From an uncultured Ruficoccus sp. (GTDB taxonomy: Bacteria; Verrucomicrobiota; Verrucomicrobiia; Opitutales; Cerasicoccaceae), in contig OZ223475.1 in assembly GCA_965140785.1 (NCBI GenBank), forward strand, positions 235,814 through 299,813: a stretch of DNA of 64,000 nt, in the 5' to 3' direction. Positions 18,945 through 28,420 of the stretch are shown piece by piece. A program made the position numbers and the translations under genes. Numbering within the stretch: position 1 is the first letter of the stretch; every line of letters starts with the position of its first letter. Below the pieces are notes generated by a model. It was not told the DNA's origin, did not search any database, and saw only the letters and a program-made list of their open reading frames with translations.

Positions 18945-21900
18945 ATGAAATTATTTTTCATGGCCTGTGGATTTGGGTTTGTTGGTGGTTGCTCAATGGC
19001 GCGTTTTATGCCGCGGATGCGTGTTGGGTTGCTTGGCCTTGTCGGGCTGGTGCTCGGCGTTTCCTGCTCAATGGGCGCAGTGAGTGTCTCTGAGATGGAA
19101 GATGGGCGGTTGCAGATTGTCATCACGGCTCCCGGGGTTGATGCCGCGCACACGCGTGTGATGATGGATATAGATGAAAACCTCGGCACGGGTTATGGAG
19201 ACGAGGGGGCGGACCTCATGATCGAAGGGGCGACGCTTTATCAATATCCGGCCGGGGCATCGGGGTGGAGTTGGAATTCGCTGGGTCCTGTCTCCAATAG
19301 CACCGAGAACGACCAGCTCACCTATACGCTTAGCGTGTCTCCTGAAGCGCGGATTTTACGGGTCTATGTGGAGAATTTTGACGATAACTGGGAGGTGACG
19401 GGACGTTATCCCGCCGAAGGAGCAATTTCCGTGGATATGACCACGGTCCCAAAGGCCCAGTCTGAAGGAGGCCAGGACGAAGGTACCCTGAGCGGAAAGC
19501 TTTACCGCACACCCTCCGGGGGGCTGGCGGTTGTTGTTTTGGGGCAGAATCTCGACCCCGGCCGCCTTCGCGTTTTCATCAATACGGATGAGAGCGCCAC
19601 GACAGGCATGGCGCCGTTTGGTGCCGACTATCTGATCGAAGGGTTAGTGCTGTATCAGTATTCGGGATCCGGCACGGACTGGAGCTGGACGCCTCTTCGC
19701 CAGCTTACGCCCGAGACTCGGGAGGGGGGGATTCTCTACCCGGTCGAAGGCTTGAATGACGGAAATACCATCGAGTATTTGATCGAGAAAACGAATACGG
19801 ACTGGGAAGTTATCGACCGCTTCCCGCAGGAGGGGACGAGGAAAATAAAAAGGTCCGATCTGAACGAATATTCTTACCAAGGGCCCGATCGACAAGTCGG
19901 GCCTAAAAATTATCACATGGAAGAGCTTCGGACGTTTTGTGCCGCCCTCGTTGAATGTCGGATTCGATGAGCGCATGGCAAAGATGGACTGGCAGGAGGT
20001 TCCGCTGACTCAGGCGCAGTGGGAGGCGGACGGGTTTTCCGAGCCCTTGCCCCTGGTCTTCAATCTTCAGGACGCGGAGACGGAGGAGGTCTTTGTCCTC
20101 GAACCCGATCAACTCCTTACGTCGGGCGAATGGACCCAGTGGATGGGGGAGGCCGACGGCGTGCGGTGGCGGGTGATCGGTCACGAGGATGAGCGGGGGG
20201 ATATGGATCTCTATGCGCAGTTGAAAAGCGATAAAGAGCGGCTGCTGCGCTTGGGAGTCGGCGTGGAGATGCCGCTGGAGGGATGGGTGTGGCATGACGA
20301 TGTCGAGTATCGCAGGCCGATCGAGGACGAGGAGGTGTACGCATACACCGGGAGTAGTCCGTATGGCCTGGACGGGGCTGTCTCCAAGTATCCGCTCGGA
20401 GTCATCAGTGATGAAAATCGTAGCCTGATTCTTGAGACCGATTTGAGCGAGCCCGTCGTCTTCAACATCGCAGCCCTCCCGCAAGAGGAGACGTTCGCGA
20501 TTTATTATGACGTGGCACTCACGCCGTTGACCCGGAAATTCCCGGGCGAGGCCGTGCTGCACCTGAGCTTGCGAGCACGCACAAGCCAGGAGCAGCAGGC
20601 CTTTCGCCTGGCATTGGATGAGCTCTACGGTCGCTATCCGTCGTTGTTCGAACGGCGTCCGGACGCGGTCGGATTGTGGATGCCTTTCACGGACATCTCA
20701 AACATCCCCGATCCGCAGGACTTTGGATTCGCCTATTATGAAAAAGGGGGAGCGCTTGGTTCGGATGTCGATTTCTGCCACGAGAACGGGGTCTTGACGC
20801 TGGTGTATACGGAGCCGTGGCTGTATTGGCTTCCCATGCCGCAGGGGATGGAGCGGACCCCGGAGTCCGCGCTGGGGCTCATGCGCAGTCTTTCCGCCAG
20901 CGGCGCGGGCCGGCCGGGCGAATTTGCTTCGGCGGGGCTACTGGGGGCGGCGCGATCGGTTGACGGCGATATTGTCATGACTTTTCAGGACGTGCCCTGG
21001 AATTCCGGGGCGCGCATGGAGGTGAGCACGGACCCGGAGTTGCCGACTCGGGACGGCGCGACGGTGAATCGGGCGATGGCGGAGTTCGCGTTCATGCGTG
21101 AGCAGATGGAACACGAAAAGGTGGATGGCATCTATCTGGACTCGCTCAGCGCGATGTTCACGATGGACTATAATCCGGCGGCGCTGGCCGTGGCCGACTA
21201 TCCGGCGACCTTTACCGCCGATGTGCTCAAACCCGGACTCGCGACTCCCGTCGCCGCCTATGAATTCATCGCGGCGCTGGCTGGCTATGCCCGGCAGGAA
21301 GGAAAGTATCTGATGGGGAATTTCCCTTGCTGGAATTTTCCGTTCTTTATGCCGTTGATCGATATTCCGGGGGAGGAGACCCACTGGTTCGGAGAGGGAC
21401 GGTACGAGCGCATGCCGGATCGGGAGATGAACTACCGGCGCGCGATGTCCGGCCAGAAAGCCTGGGGATTTCTCATGAATGGGAAGTACGATCACTTCGA
21501 TCCGGAATTCGCCCGCCGCTACTTCGAGGACTGTCTGTTCTGGGCCTTTCAGCCGAGTCTCTTCAGCCACGATGCGGCGAACGATCCGTACTGGGAAAAC
21601 CCGGAGTGGTACGAGCGGGACCGTCCGTTTTTCCGCCGTTACATGCCGTGGATTCAGCGGCTGGCGGCGGTGGGCTGGCGTCCGCAGGGGAGCGCTGTCG
21701 TCTCCGATGAGGAGATTCAAGTCGAGCATTTTTATGGTGACCGCGACCCGGTTCAGTTCGTTACGGTTCGAAACTCAAGTCAGACACCGATAAGCACGTA
21801 TCTGGAAGTACCGCTCTCCGGTGAGGACGCGCAGTGGGTGTGGATGAATCCGCTGGACGGGGAGGCCGGATGGATTTTTACAGATGCTTCGGGCATGGGC

Positions 21901-23115
21901 ACTGTTCCTGTCTCGCTGGAGCCGGATCAGGTGCGCTTGCTGGCCCTGATGCCGAGCGGCGAAATCGCGTCCGAAATCGTGTTTTTGAAAGACTGGGCGG
22001 ATGGCAAGGGGGATGCCGGTCGTTTGATCGACAAGCTGGCATCGCTTCAAGACGAACAAGAGGCGGGCTTGCTCATGGGGGTGGAAATTTCCCAGCCCGC
22101 GCTGCGTGGTGTCGAGAATGACATCTGGGTGGGGGTAAAGAATGTCACCCCATCGGTGCTGACGCTGGCCCATCTCCGACTCGTGCCAGCCGATGGGGAA
22201 GCCCTGGAGCTGCTGGATGAGCCGGTCGAGATTACTCCGTCGCAGATGCTGGGCATCCCTGTGGAGGTCTCCGCCGGCTTCGGGCAGGATGGGGGCTTCA
22301 GCCTCGACGCCGATTTCACCGTTGAAGACGGTGGTGGCGAGCACCGTTTGAGCCAGCCCGTGACGTGGACCCTGCGTGATCCCGTTGCCATCAGCTTGAC
22401 GGATCCGCATGTGATATCGATTCAGGAGCGGGCGAGTATCTCGTTGCGGGTTCGCAACCTGATGAATGCGCCGGCGACGATTACTTTTACCTGGGACGGT
22501 GATTACGGGGAGGGTGAATCTGAAGTGACCCTCAAGGCCAAGGAGGAGCGTAGGGTTTACCTGCCGGTTGTTTCCGGCGGGAGGTCGGAAGGAGCCGTTA
22601 CGGTGCGGGCCGAATCGAGGGGCGTGGATCTCTTTAAATCGGTGGCCACCGTGACGTTCCTGGGAGCGCATGCCAGTGTCGTGCGGGATAGCTCGGTGGC
22701 GGTGAGTACCAGCGGGGACTTCCCGGGGTATACTCCGCAGACGTTGCGCGACGGCGTGACCCGGCCTGGAGCCGAGATGGCTTTTAACGAGGCCGCGTGG
22801 GCATCCGAAGACGTGCCCGGAGACACTTGGGTGCGCTTTGATTTTCCTTCCCCGATCGAAGTCAGTGAGGTGAAGCTTTACTGGAATGAGGAAGGGGGAG
22901 TCCGCTACACCTCTCAATCCGGGGTGGTGGAGGGTGTGCGGGAAGACGGTTCCACCTGGCCGCTGCAAAACTACACCTCCGAGCAGGGGGCTGCCGTCAC
23001 CACGGTTTCGTTTGATCCGGCCCGTGTGGTGGGGCTTGTCATCCGCCAACCGGACAGTCAGGGCCCTGTTTCGCGTCCCGATATTCTGTGGTTGAACGAG
23101 ATCGAGGTGCACTAG
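18945..23115 (+). CDS. Very large secreted multidomain protein (~1390 aa when a frameshift at ~19936 is repaired): two N-terminal repeat modules, putative glycoside-hydrolase-like barrel, C-terminal discoidin/F5-8-like domain
   Basis: ORFs 18945-19970 and 19939-23115 join if one T of tttt (19935-19938) is removed. Repeats D.D.N..TG...GAD..IEG..LYQY; core with LVYTEPW, VDGIYLDS, LMGN; C-terminal LRDG...AWAS...WVRFDF. Confidence 0.7.
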
Positions 23116-23160
23116 ACGGGGAACCTCCGAGGGGGAATCGGGGTGGCGAGTTCTGATTCT

Positions 23161-23176
23161 GTGTAAACGTTTGTCC
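23161..23176. promoter_or_regulatory. LacI operator, locus B copy 2 (GTGTAAACGTTTGTCC), upstream of the LacI gene (autoregulation)
   Basis: Shares the GTAAACGTTT core with the other copies. Confidence 0.6.
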
Positions 23177-23249
23177 TTTACCTTCGCCTGCTCGGCGGGC
23201 ACAGTTCGTTGTCATGGCGGGGGTGCTAGTGCTCCTGTTTCAGGCAACT

Positions 23250-24263
23250 ATGGACATTCGTGAATTTTCATCATTGGTAGGGGTATCGACAGCCACCGTC
23301 TCCCGTGCGTTTTCCGGACGCGGGCGCATCAGTAAAAAGACGCAGGAGCGGATCCTCAAGGAAGCCCACAAGCACGGTTTCAGCCCGAATATTAACGCGC
23401 GTCGCCTTTCGTCCAGGCTCAGTGGTGTGATCGGCCTGTACTACACCTTCAGCGACGAGATCATATTCGACTATTACAATATGGAACTGGCGCAGGAAAT
23501 CGCCAAAACATGCGCCGAGCGCAGTATTTCCCTGCATCTAGTGTTGCGCAGCCAGTCCCGCAAAGACCTGCAATTGAACCACTTGGTGGCCGGAAAGGGC
23601 TTGGATGGCGTGATTATAGTGACAGACAGCCTGCGCAGTCTGGATGGGCTTGAGGATGTGATTCACAACTGCGCCACGGTTGTGATTTCCAACCAGATTT
23701 GGACGGATAATCCTTCGCGCGGGTTCATCCACCTGGATTTCGACAGCGGCATTGCCCAGGCAGTTACTCGTCTCGTCAGCTTGGGGCACCGGCGGATAGG
23801 GTTCATTCGTGGCTTGATGGATGAGAGTAAGTTCGAGGCCTACGGTCGTGCCTTGAGGCAGAACGGGATCAGCCTGGACAGCGAACTCGTCACCACGGCC
23901 TCGAAGACGATACTTGACGGGCAGCAGGCTATTTCCGGTCTCCTGAAAAAGAACATCACCGCCGTTATTTGCTGTACGGATCTGCTGGCCTTCGGAGCGC
24001 TTCAAGGGGCGATCAACGAGTCCGTATCCGTGCCGGATGAACTTTCCATCGTTGGCATGGACGACCTCGCGCTGACCTCGCAGACAGCTCCCCCGCTCTC
24101 AAGCATCGGTGTGCCCCGCAATCGTATCGCCGAGGGCGCGGTGAAGATGCTCGATCAAATGCTTGATGCCCCCAAGCACAGTGAAGGGCAAAACGGTCGC
24201 TTCATGCATACGGTGAGCACCTTTTTGGTTGATCGTGCTTCGATCGCGCCTGCCCGGCTTTAG
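23250..24263 (+). CDS. LacI-family transcriptional regulator (locus B)
   Basis: MDIREFSSLVGVSTATVSRAFSG, PNINARRL hinge helix, LGHRRIGFI, VPDELSIVGMDD, PPLSSI. Confidence 0.92.
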   Translation: MDIREFSSLVGVSTATVSRAFSGRGRISKKTQERILKEAHKHGFSPNINARRLSSRLSGVIGLYYTFSDEIIFDYYNMELAQEIAKTCAERSISLHLVLRSQSRKDLQLNHLVAGKGLDGVIIVTDSLRSLDGLEDVIHNCATVVISNQIWTDNPSRGFIHLDFDSGIAQAVTRLVSLGHRRIGFIRGLMDESKFEAYGRALRQNGISLDSELVTTASKTILDGQQAISGLLKKNITAVICCTDLLAFGALQGAINESVSVPDELSIVGMDDLALTSQTAPPLSSIGVPRNRIAEGAVKMLDQMLDAPKHSEGQNGRFMHTVSTFLVDRASIAPARL

Positions 24264-24303
24264 GCCACCTGAAGGATGGGGGAACGGGAACTTTTGCGAT
24301 TTG

Positions 24304-24319
24304 GCGTAAACGGTTACGC
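24304..24319. promoter_or_regulatory. LacI operator, locus B copy 3 (GCGTAAACGGTTACGC)
   Basis: One mismatch from GCGTAAACGTTTACGC; about 45 nt upstream of the oxidoreductase start. Confidence 0.8.
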
Positions 24320-24363
24320 TTTTTGTCTTGACGCTCCTCGCACAAGCTGATTTTCATAGAGGC

Positions 24364-25482
24364 ATGAAGATTGGAGTGATTGGCATGGGCAAGCGTCTCA
24401 GCCACATGGTCAACAACTGCATGCGTGAGGCGGAGCCTGATTTGAAGGTTATCGCCGCACTCGATCCCGATGAAGATGCTGTGAGGAAAGCTCTGCCTGA
24501 GGGCGAGGCCGCCTCTGTCAAATTCGTGAAAACGATCGAGGAGCTGGTTATGTCCGGCGTGGACGCGATCGCGATCGGGACGCGGTGTAATCTGCATGCG
24601 CGGTATGCGATCGAGGTGTCCCGGACGGGGTTGCCTCTGTTTTTGGAAAAGCCGGTAGCGACGACGATGGAGGATGCCCTGGCGCTGGAAAAAGCGTTCC
24701 AGGATTCCCGCTCCGAGGTCGTGGTGAGTTTCCCGCTGCGCGCCTCTCCGCTTTGTGTGCGGGTGAAGCAGTTGCTGGAGGAGGGCGTCATCGGGATCCC
24801 GCAGCACGTAATGGCCGTGAACTATGTTCCTTACGGCGATGTTTACTTTAACTCGTGGTACCGGGACTATGGTGTGACCGGCGGCCTTTTCCTGCAAAAG
24901 GCCACCCATGATTTCGATTACCTGTCCTATTGTCTGCGCAGCCCGATTGTGCGGGTGGCCGCGATGAAGTCGTGCGGACGGGTCTATCGGGACGCCAGTG
25001 TTGCGGATTGCGATCCCGATCCCGATTGCTATTATTATGAGCAGATCGGAACAGAGAAGACGGGGATGAACGAAGATTCCTCCAGTGCGCTGATCGAATT
25101 CGCTAACGGCACGCAGGCTGTTTACACGCAGGTCTTTTACTCCAAGCGTGGGGCGGCTGCGCGGGGGGCGACTTTTTCCGGTCACCGGGGCACGCTCAAG
25201 TTCGACTGGTACGAGAATATGGCGAAAATCGTCCATCACCAGCGTCCGTTCGAAGACACCATCAAAGTGGACTGCGAACTGAACCATCATGGTGGAGATG
25301 GTGTGCTGGCCGAAAATTTCGTAAAAGTCGTGCGCGGAGAGGCCAGCTCGATCTCGAGCATTTGGGCAGGCCTGCAGAGCGTTTATGCGTGCTTGGCCGC
25401 CAAGGAGAGCTCAGAGCGCAATTCTTTTTGCGAGGTAAGAAAAATTGAGCAAATAAAGCATGCCGGACTTGGGATGGCATAG
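24364..25482 (+). CDS. Gfo/Idh/MocA family oxidoreductase
   Basis: MKIGVIGMG, LFLEKP, GGLFLQKATHDFD, HHGGD. Confidence 0.88.
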   Translation: MKIGVIGMGKRLSHMVNNCMREAEPDLKVIAALDPDEDAVRKALPEGEAASVKFVKTIEELVMSGVDAIAIGTRCNLHARYAIEVSRTGLPLFLEKPVATTMEDALALEKAFQDSRSEVVVSFPLRASPLCVRVKQLLEEGVIGIPQHVMAVNYVPYGDVYFNSWYRDYGVTGGLFLQKATHDFDYLSYCLRSPIVRVAAMKSCGRVYRDASVADCDPDPDCYYYEQIGTEKTGMNEDSSSALIEFANGTQAVYTQVFYSKRGAAARGATFSGHRGTLKFDWYENMAKIVHHQRPFEDTIKVDCELNHHGGDGVLAENFVKVVRGEASSISSIWAGLQSVYACLAAKESSERNSFCEVRKIEQIKHAGLGMA

Positions 25483-25499
25483 CTTTTGCTTTATGGTTT

Positions 25500-25515
25500 G
25501 CGTAAACATTTACGC
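25500..25515. promoter_or_regulatory. LacI operator, locus B copy 4 (GCGTAAACATTTACGC)
   Basis: One mismatch from the consensus; upstream of the PEP-CTERM/pilin/GH/SSS operon. Confidence 0.8.
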
Positions 25516-25617
25516 ATCCCGATTCTGAGATGCATAAAACTGAATAAAGCGTCTATTTAACCGATAATCTAAAACATCTGTCTAACTCAAAAAATAACCA
25601 AACTGTTATCTACCATC

Positions 25618-26304
25618 ATGAAATTACACAAAGGTATCAAACTGTTAGCTGGTTTATTGGGAGCCTTCGCGCTCTGCACCTCTGCTTATGCCGGAACGTA
25701 TCGGACGATCACGATCGACGGGAATTTTGACGACTGGGATGGCATAGACCCCCTGACCTCCGAAACGACCGCAGTGGGAGATCCGGTTGACTTCGTCTCT
25801 ATGTACGTCGCCAATGACGGGGATAATCTATACCTCCGTGTAGTCTACGCGTCTGATGTTGCCGTAAATGACGGAGGAACAACGATCTATATCGCGATCG
25901 ATACGGATAACGACGTGAAGACCGGGTTCGATGTTTACAGTCTAGGCATCGTGGGCTCCGAGGTCGGATGGTCGAACGACTCAGGCTTCCAGCAGTCCAA
26001 AGAGTTTTTTAATACCGGTGTGACCCTCAACGACGGGCAGGCGGGTATCGCGCCCTATGCGACCACCACTACCCAGCAGGAGATGTCGATCAGCCTTTCG
26101 GCGACGTACGCGAATGACTCCAGCCCGGTCTTCCCGAACGGGACGATTGCCATCGCTTTTTACACCAGTGGAGCGACGACGGATAGTGTTCTGGGCAAGG
26201 GCGTTTATACGTTTGCCATCCCCGAGCCCGGTCATTATGCCATAGCGGTGTCGGCGTTGCTGGGAGTCGGACTATTGTTCCGCCGCCGCCGTCGCCGTTC
26301 GTAG
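25618..26304 (+). CDS. PEP-CTERM surface protein with a CBM9/DOMON-like beta-sandwich
   Basis: Signal peptide (TSAYA-G), ITIDGNFDDW, ANDGDNLYLRV, IAIDTDNDVKTGF, and C-terminal IPEPGHYAIAVSALLGVGLLFRRRRRRS. Confidence 0.9.
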   Translation: MKLHKGIKLLAGLLGAFALCTSAYAGTYRTITIDGNFDDWDGIDPLTSETTAVGDPVDFVSMYVANDGDNLYLRVVYASDVAVNDGGTTIYIAIDTDNDVKTGFDVYSLGIVGSEVGWSNDSGFQQSKEFFNTGVTLNDGQAGIAPYATTTTQQEMSISLSATYANDSSPVFPNGTIAIAFYTSGATTDSVLGKGVYTFAIPEPGHYAIAVSALLGVGLLFRRRRRRS

Positions 26305-26338
26305 TCAACGTTTAGATCGCAGCAAGGGCCACCCGGTT

Positions 26339-26980
26339 ATGTTAAAGCTAAAACGAAACGGGCTCAGTCTCATCGAGTTGCTGGTTGTCATCGCCGTGGT
26401 CGGAATTCTGTCCAGTATTCTGGTCACGGGCGTCAGCCATGTGAAAAACAAAAGCAACCAGATGAAAAGCCTCAGCAACGTTCGCAGTATCGGCAAAGGG
26501 GTGCATCTTTATACCCTTGAGCACGGGGAAAATCTCCCCGTGTGGCATAACTATAACATCGGCCAGTACTGGTGGCAATTGTTGCGGCCCTATGTTGGCG
26601 ACGACGACCAGGTTTTCGGCAGCCCGGCTCATCCTGAGTTCGACGCGACGAATGACACGACGATAGCTCAGACGATTTCATACGGGTGGAACTTCGCGGT
26701 GATCGGGCGACATATCGGAGACCCCTCCTATGACGGCGACTATATGTTGCCCATGTATCTCTTTGATAATCCGCCGGAAACCCTGGTGTTGACGGACGGG
26801 CCCCGGTACGACTGCTGGGGCTACGTCACGACGGTACATGCGGCGGATCCGGAGCGCTACGGGGACGGCAAGGCCGTGGCCTTGTTCCTCGACGGGCATG
26901 CCGATGTGCGGGAGCAGTCTGCCTTTACCCTGGAGGATCCCTATTTCCTCCCGGAGGTTGCCATGCCCGCGATGAAATAA
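26339..26980 (+). CDS. Prepilin-type N-terminal cleavage/methylation protein with a degenerate H-X9-DG C-terminus
   Basis: KRNG/LSLIELLVVIAVVGILSSIL, SLSNVRSIG, SYGWN, and C-terminal RYGDGKAVALFLDGHA. Confidence 0.88.
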   Translation: MLKLKRNGLSLIELLVVIAVVGILSSILVTGVSHVKNKSNQMKSLSNVRSIGKGVHLYTLEHGENLPVWHNYNIGQYWWQLLRPYVGDDDQVFGSPAHPEFDATNDTTIAQTISYGWNFAVIGRHIGDPSYDGDYMLPMYLFDNPPETLVLTDGPRYDCWGYVTTVHAADPERYGDGKAVALFLDGHADVREQSAFTLEDPYFLPEVAMPAMK

Positions 26981-26992
26981 CCTACGTTTACC

Positions 26993-28396
26993 TTGAAAAT
27001 TCTACTTTACACTTGCCTCGCAGGCTTTGTGCTTGCGGCCACGGTTTCCCATGCCTCCCGTGCCTCCGATGCACGGGAGGCCTTCGGGAAAATCAAATCG
27101 TATGCCTGTTACTACGGTGAAGGAAAGCTGAAGGAGCTGGCCGGTCGCGATGCGGTTATTATCGAGACGAATAACCAGAGCCCGGAGGACATCCGCTTGC
27201 TGCAGCAAGGAGGCACGCTCGTCGTCGGTTATATCAGCATCGGCGAGGACGATGTATTGCGGGTAGGGGACGCCAAGGGACCGGGCGGGAAAGATTCCGC
27301 TTACTTTGACCGGGATAAAGACGGGCAGCCCGATAAGAACGGGGTCTGGGATTCGTACTACGCGGACTCCAGGCAACCGGCCTGGCGTAAGTACTTCATG
27401 GAAAATATCGCCAGGATGAACGATGTTTACCATGTGGATGGATTCTTTCTGGACACCGTTGATACGAGCGAACTCTATCCGGAGTCTGAGCAGGCAATGA
27501 TCTCTCTGATCCGGGAGTTACGCCAGGCTTACCCGGATAGCCTCATTGTGCTCAATCGCGGTTTTCACACCGTCGCGCAACTGGCTCCGGTCATTGACGG
27601 CGTGATGTTCGAGAGCTTTACGTCCAGCTATGACTGGGCGAGCAAGGACTACATCCTGCTGACGCCGTCTTCCTGGGATTACGGGCTGGAAGTCTGGCAG
27701 GAGGTGCTCAAGCCGGCCATGGACAAATACGGCGTGGTCGTCCTCGCCCTGGATTATGCGCCCTCCGCCACTTCACCCCTGGTGCAGACAGCGATGGACC
27801 GGGCTGTCACGTTCGGGTTCGTGCCGGAGGTCTCCTCTATTTATTTGGATACCATTTATGAGATCGGGTATGAGCCTCGGAAAAACCCGGACTATCTCAC
27901 GATGTTCTGTACACCGGAGCGTTTGAGCTATGAACTGGCGGAGGCGGCCAATGGTTTTCCGAGCGGGACACGCGTCATGCCCAGCTCCTCCTACCCGGAT
28001 TACGAGGTGAAGGCCGTGGTCGATGGCATCGAGGACAAGAGTACCCTCGGGTGGCGTCAGCGAGCCTGGGCTTCGCGGGAAGAGGACGAGGAGCACTGGC
28101 TGGAGTTCACGCTGCCGCGCCCGGTGAGGGTGGACGGCCTTACGATCAGTTGGGCCAGGGACAATGGTACGCTCTATGCGACGCGGGACTTTCGGGTCGA
28201 GGTGAAGCCGCCGGACGGCGGTGATGAGTGGGTGTGCGTCAGTACGGTCTCGGATAACCGCGAGCCCAGCAATAGTGTTCAGTTTGCTCCGATGGATGTC
28301 TCCGCCTTGCGCGTGGTCCAGGACGGGGGAGAGGGCTCACCGCTACGGCCCGACCTGATGTGGGTGGAAAAAGTCGTCCTCTCCTCGGTCGATTAA
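26993..28396 (+). CDS. Secreted endo-alpha-1,4-polygalactosaminidase-like hydrolase (PelA hydrolase/TM1410-like, GH114/GH166) with a C-terminal discoidin-like domain
   Basis: Signal peptide; YACYYG, VGYISIGE, DGFFLDTVD, LIVLNRGF, DGVMFESF, VLALDYA; TTG start. Confidence 0.8.
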   Translation: MKILLYTCLAGFVLAATVSHASRASDAREAFGKIKSYACYYGEGKLKELAGRDAVIIETNNQSPEDIRLLQQGGTLVVGYISIGEDDVLRVGDAKGPGGKDSAYFDRDKDGQPDKNGVWDSYYADSRQPAWRKYFMENIARMNDVYHVDGFFLDTVDTSELYPESEQAMISLIRELRQAYPDSLIVLNRGFHTVAQLAPVIDGVMFESFTSSYDWASKDYILLTPSSWDYGLEVWQEVLKPAMDKYGVVVLALDYAPSATSPLVQTAMDRAVTFGFVPEVSSIYLDTIYEIGYEPRKNPDYLTMFCTPERLSYELAEAANGFPSGTRVMPSSSYPDYEVKAVVDGIEDKSTLGWRQRAWASREEDEEHWLEFTLPRPVRVDGLTISWARDNGTLYATRDFRVEVKPPDGGDEWVCVSTVSDNREPSNSVQFAPMDVSALRVVQDGGEGSPLRPDLMWVEKVVLSSVD

Positions 28397-28420
28397 CCGG
28401 AAGGTGAACAGGATGAAGAG

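Noticed and set aside
17030..19940. Programmed frameshifting or phase variation at the frame breaks
   Set aside because: Runs are only 1-4 nt with no slippery heptamer; similar indels hit smpB and cckA, so sequencing error is simpler.
26993..28396. Pel biosynthesis operon
   Set aside because: No glycosyltransferase, PelD, PelE or PelG, and no deacetylase domain; neighbours are an importer and a catabolic regulator.
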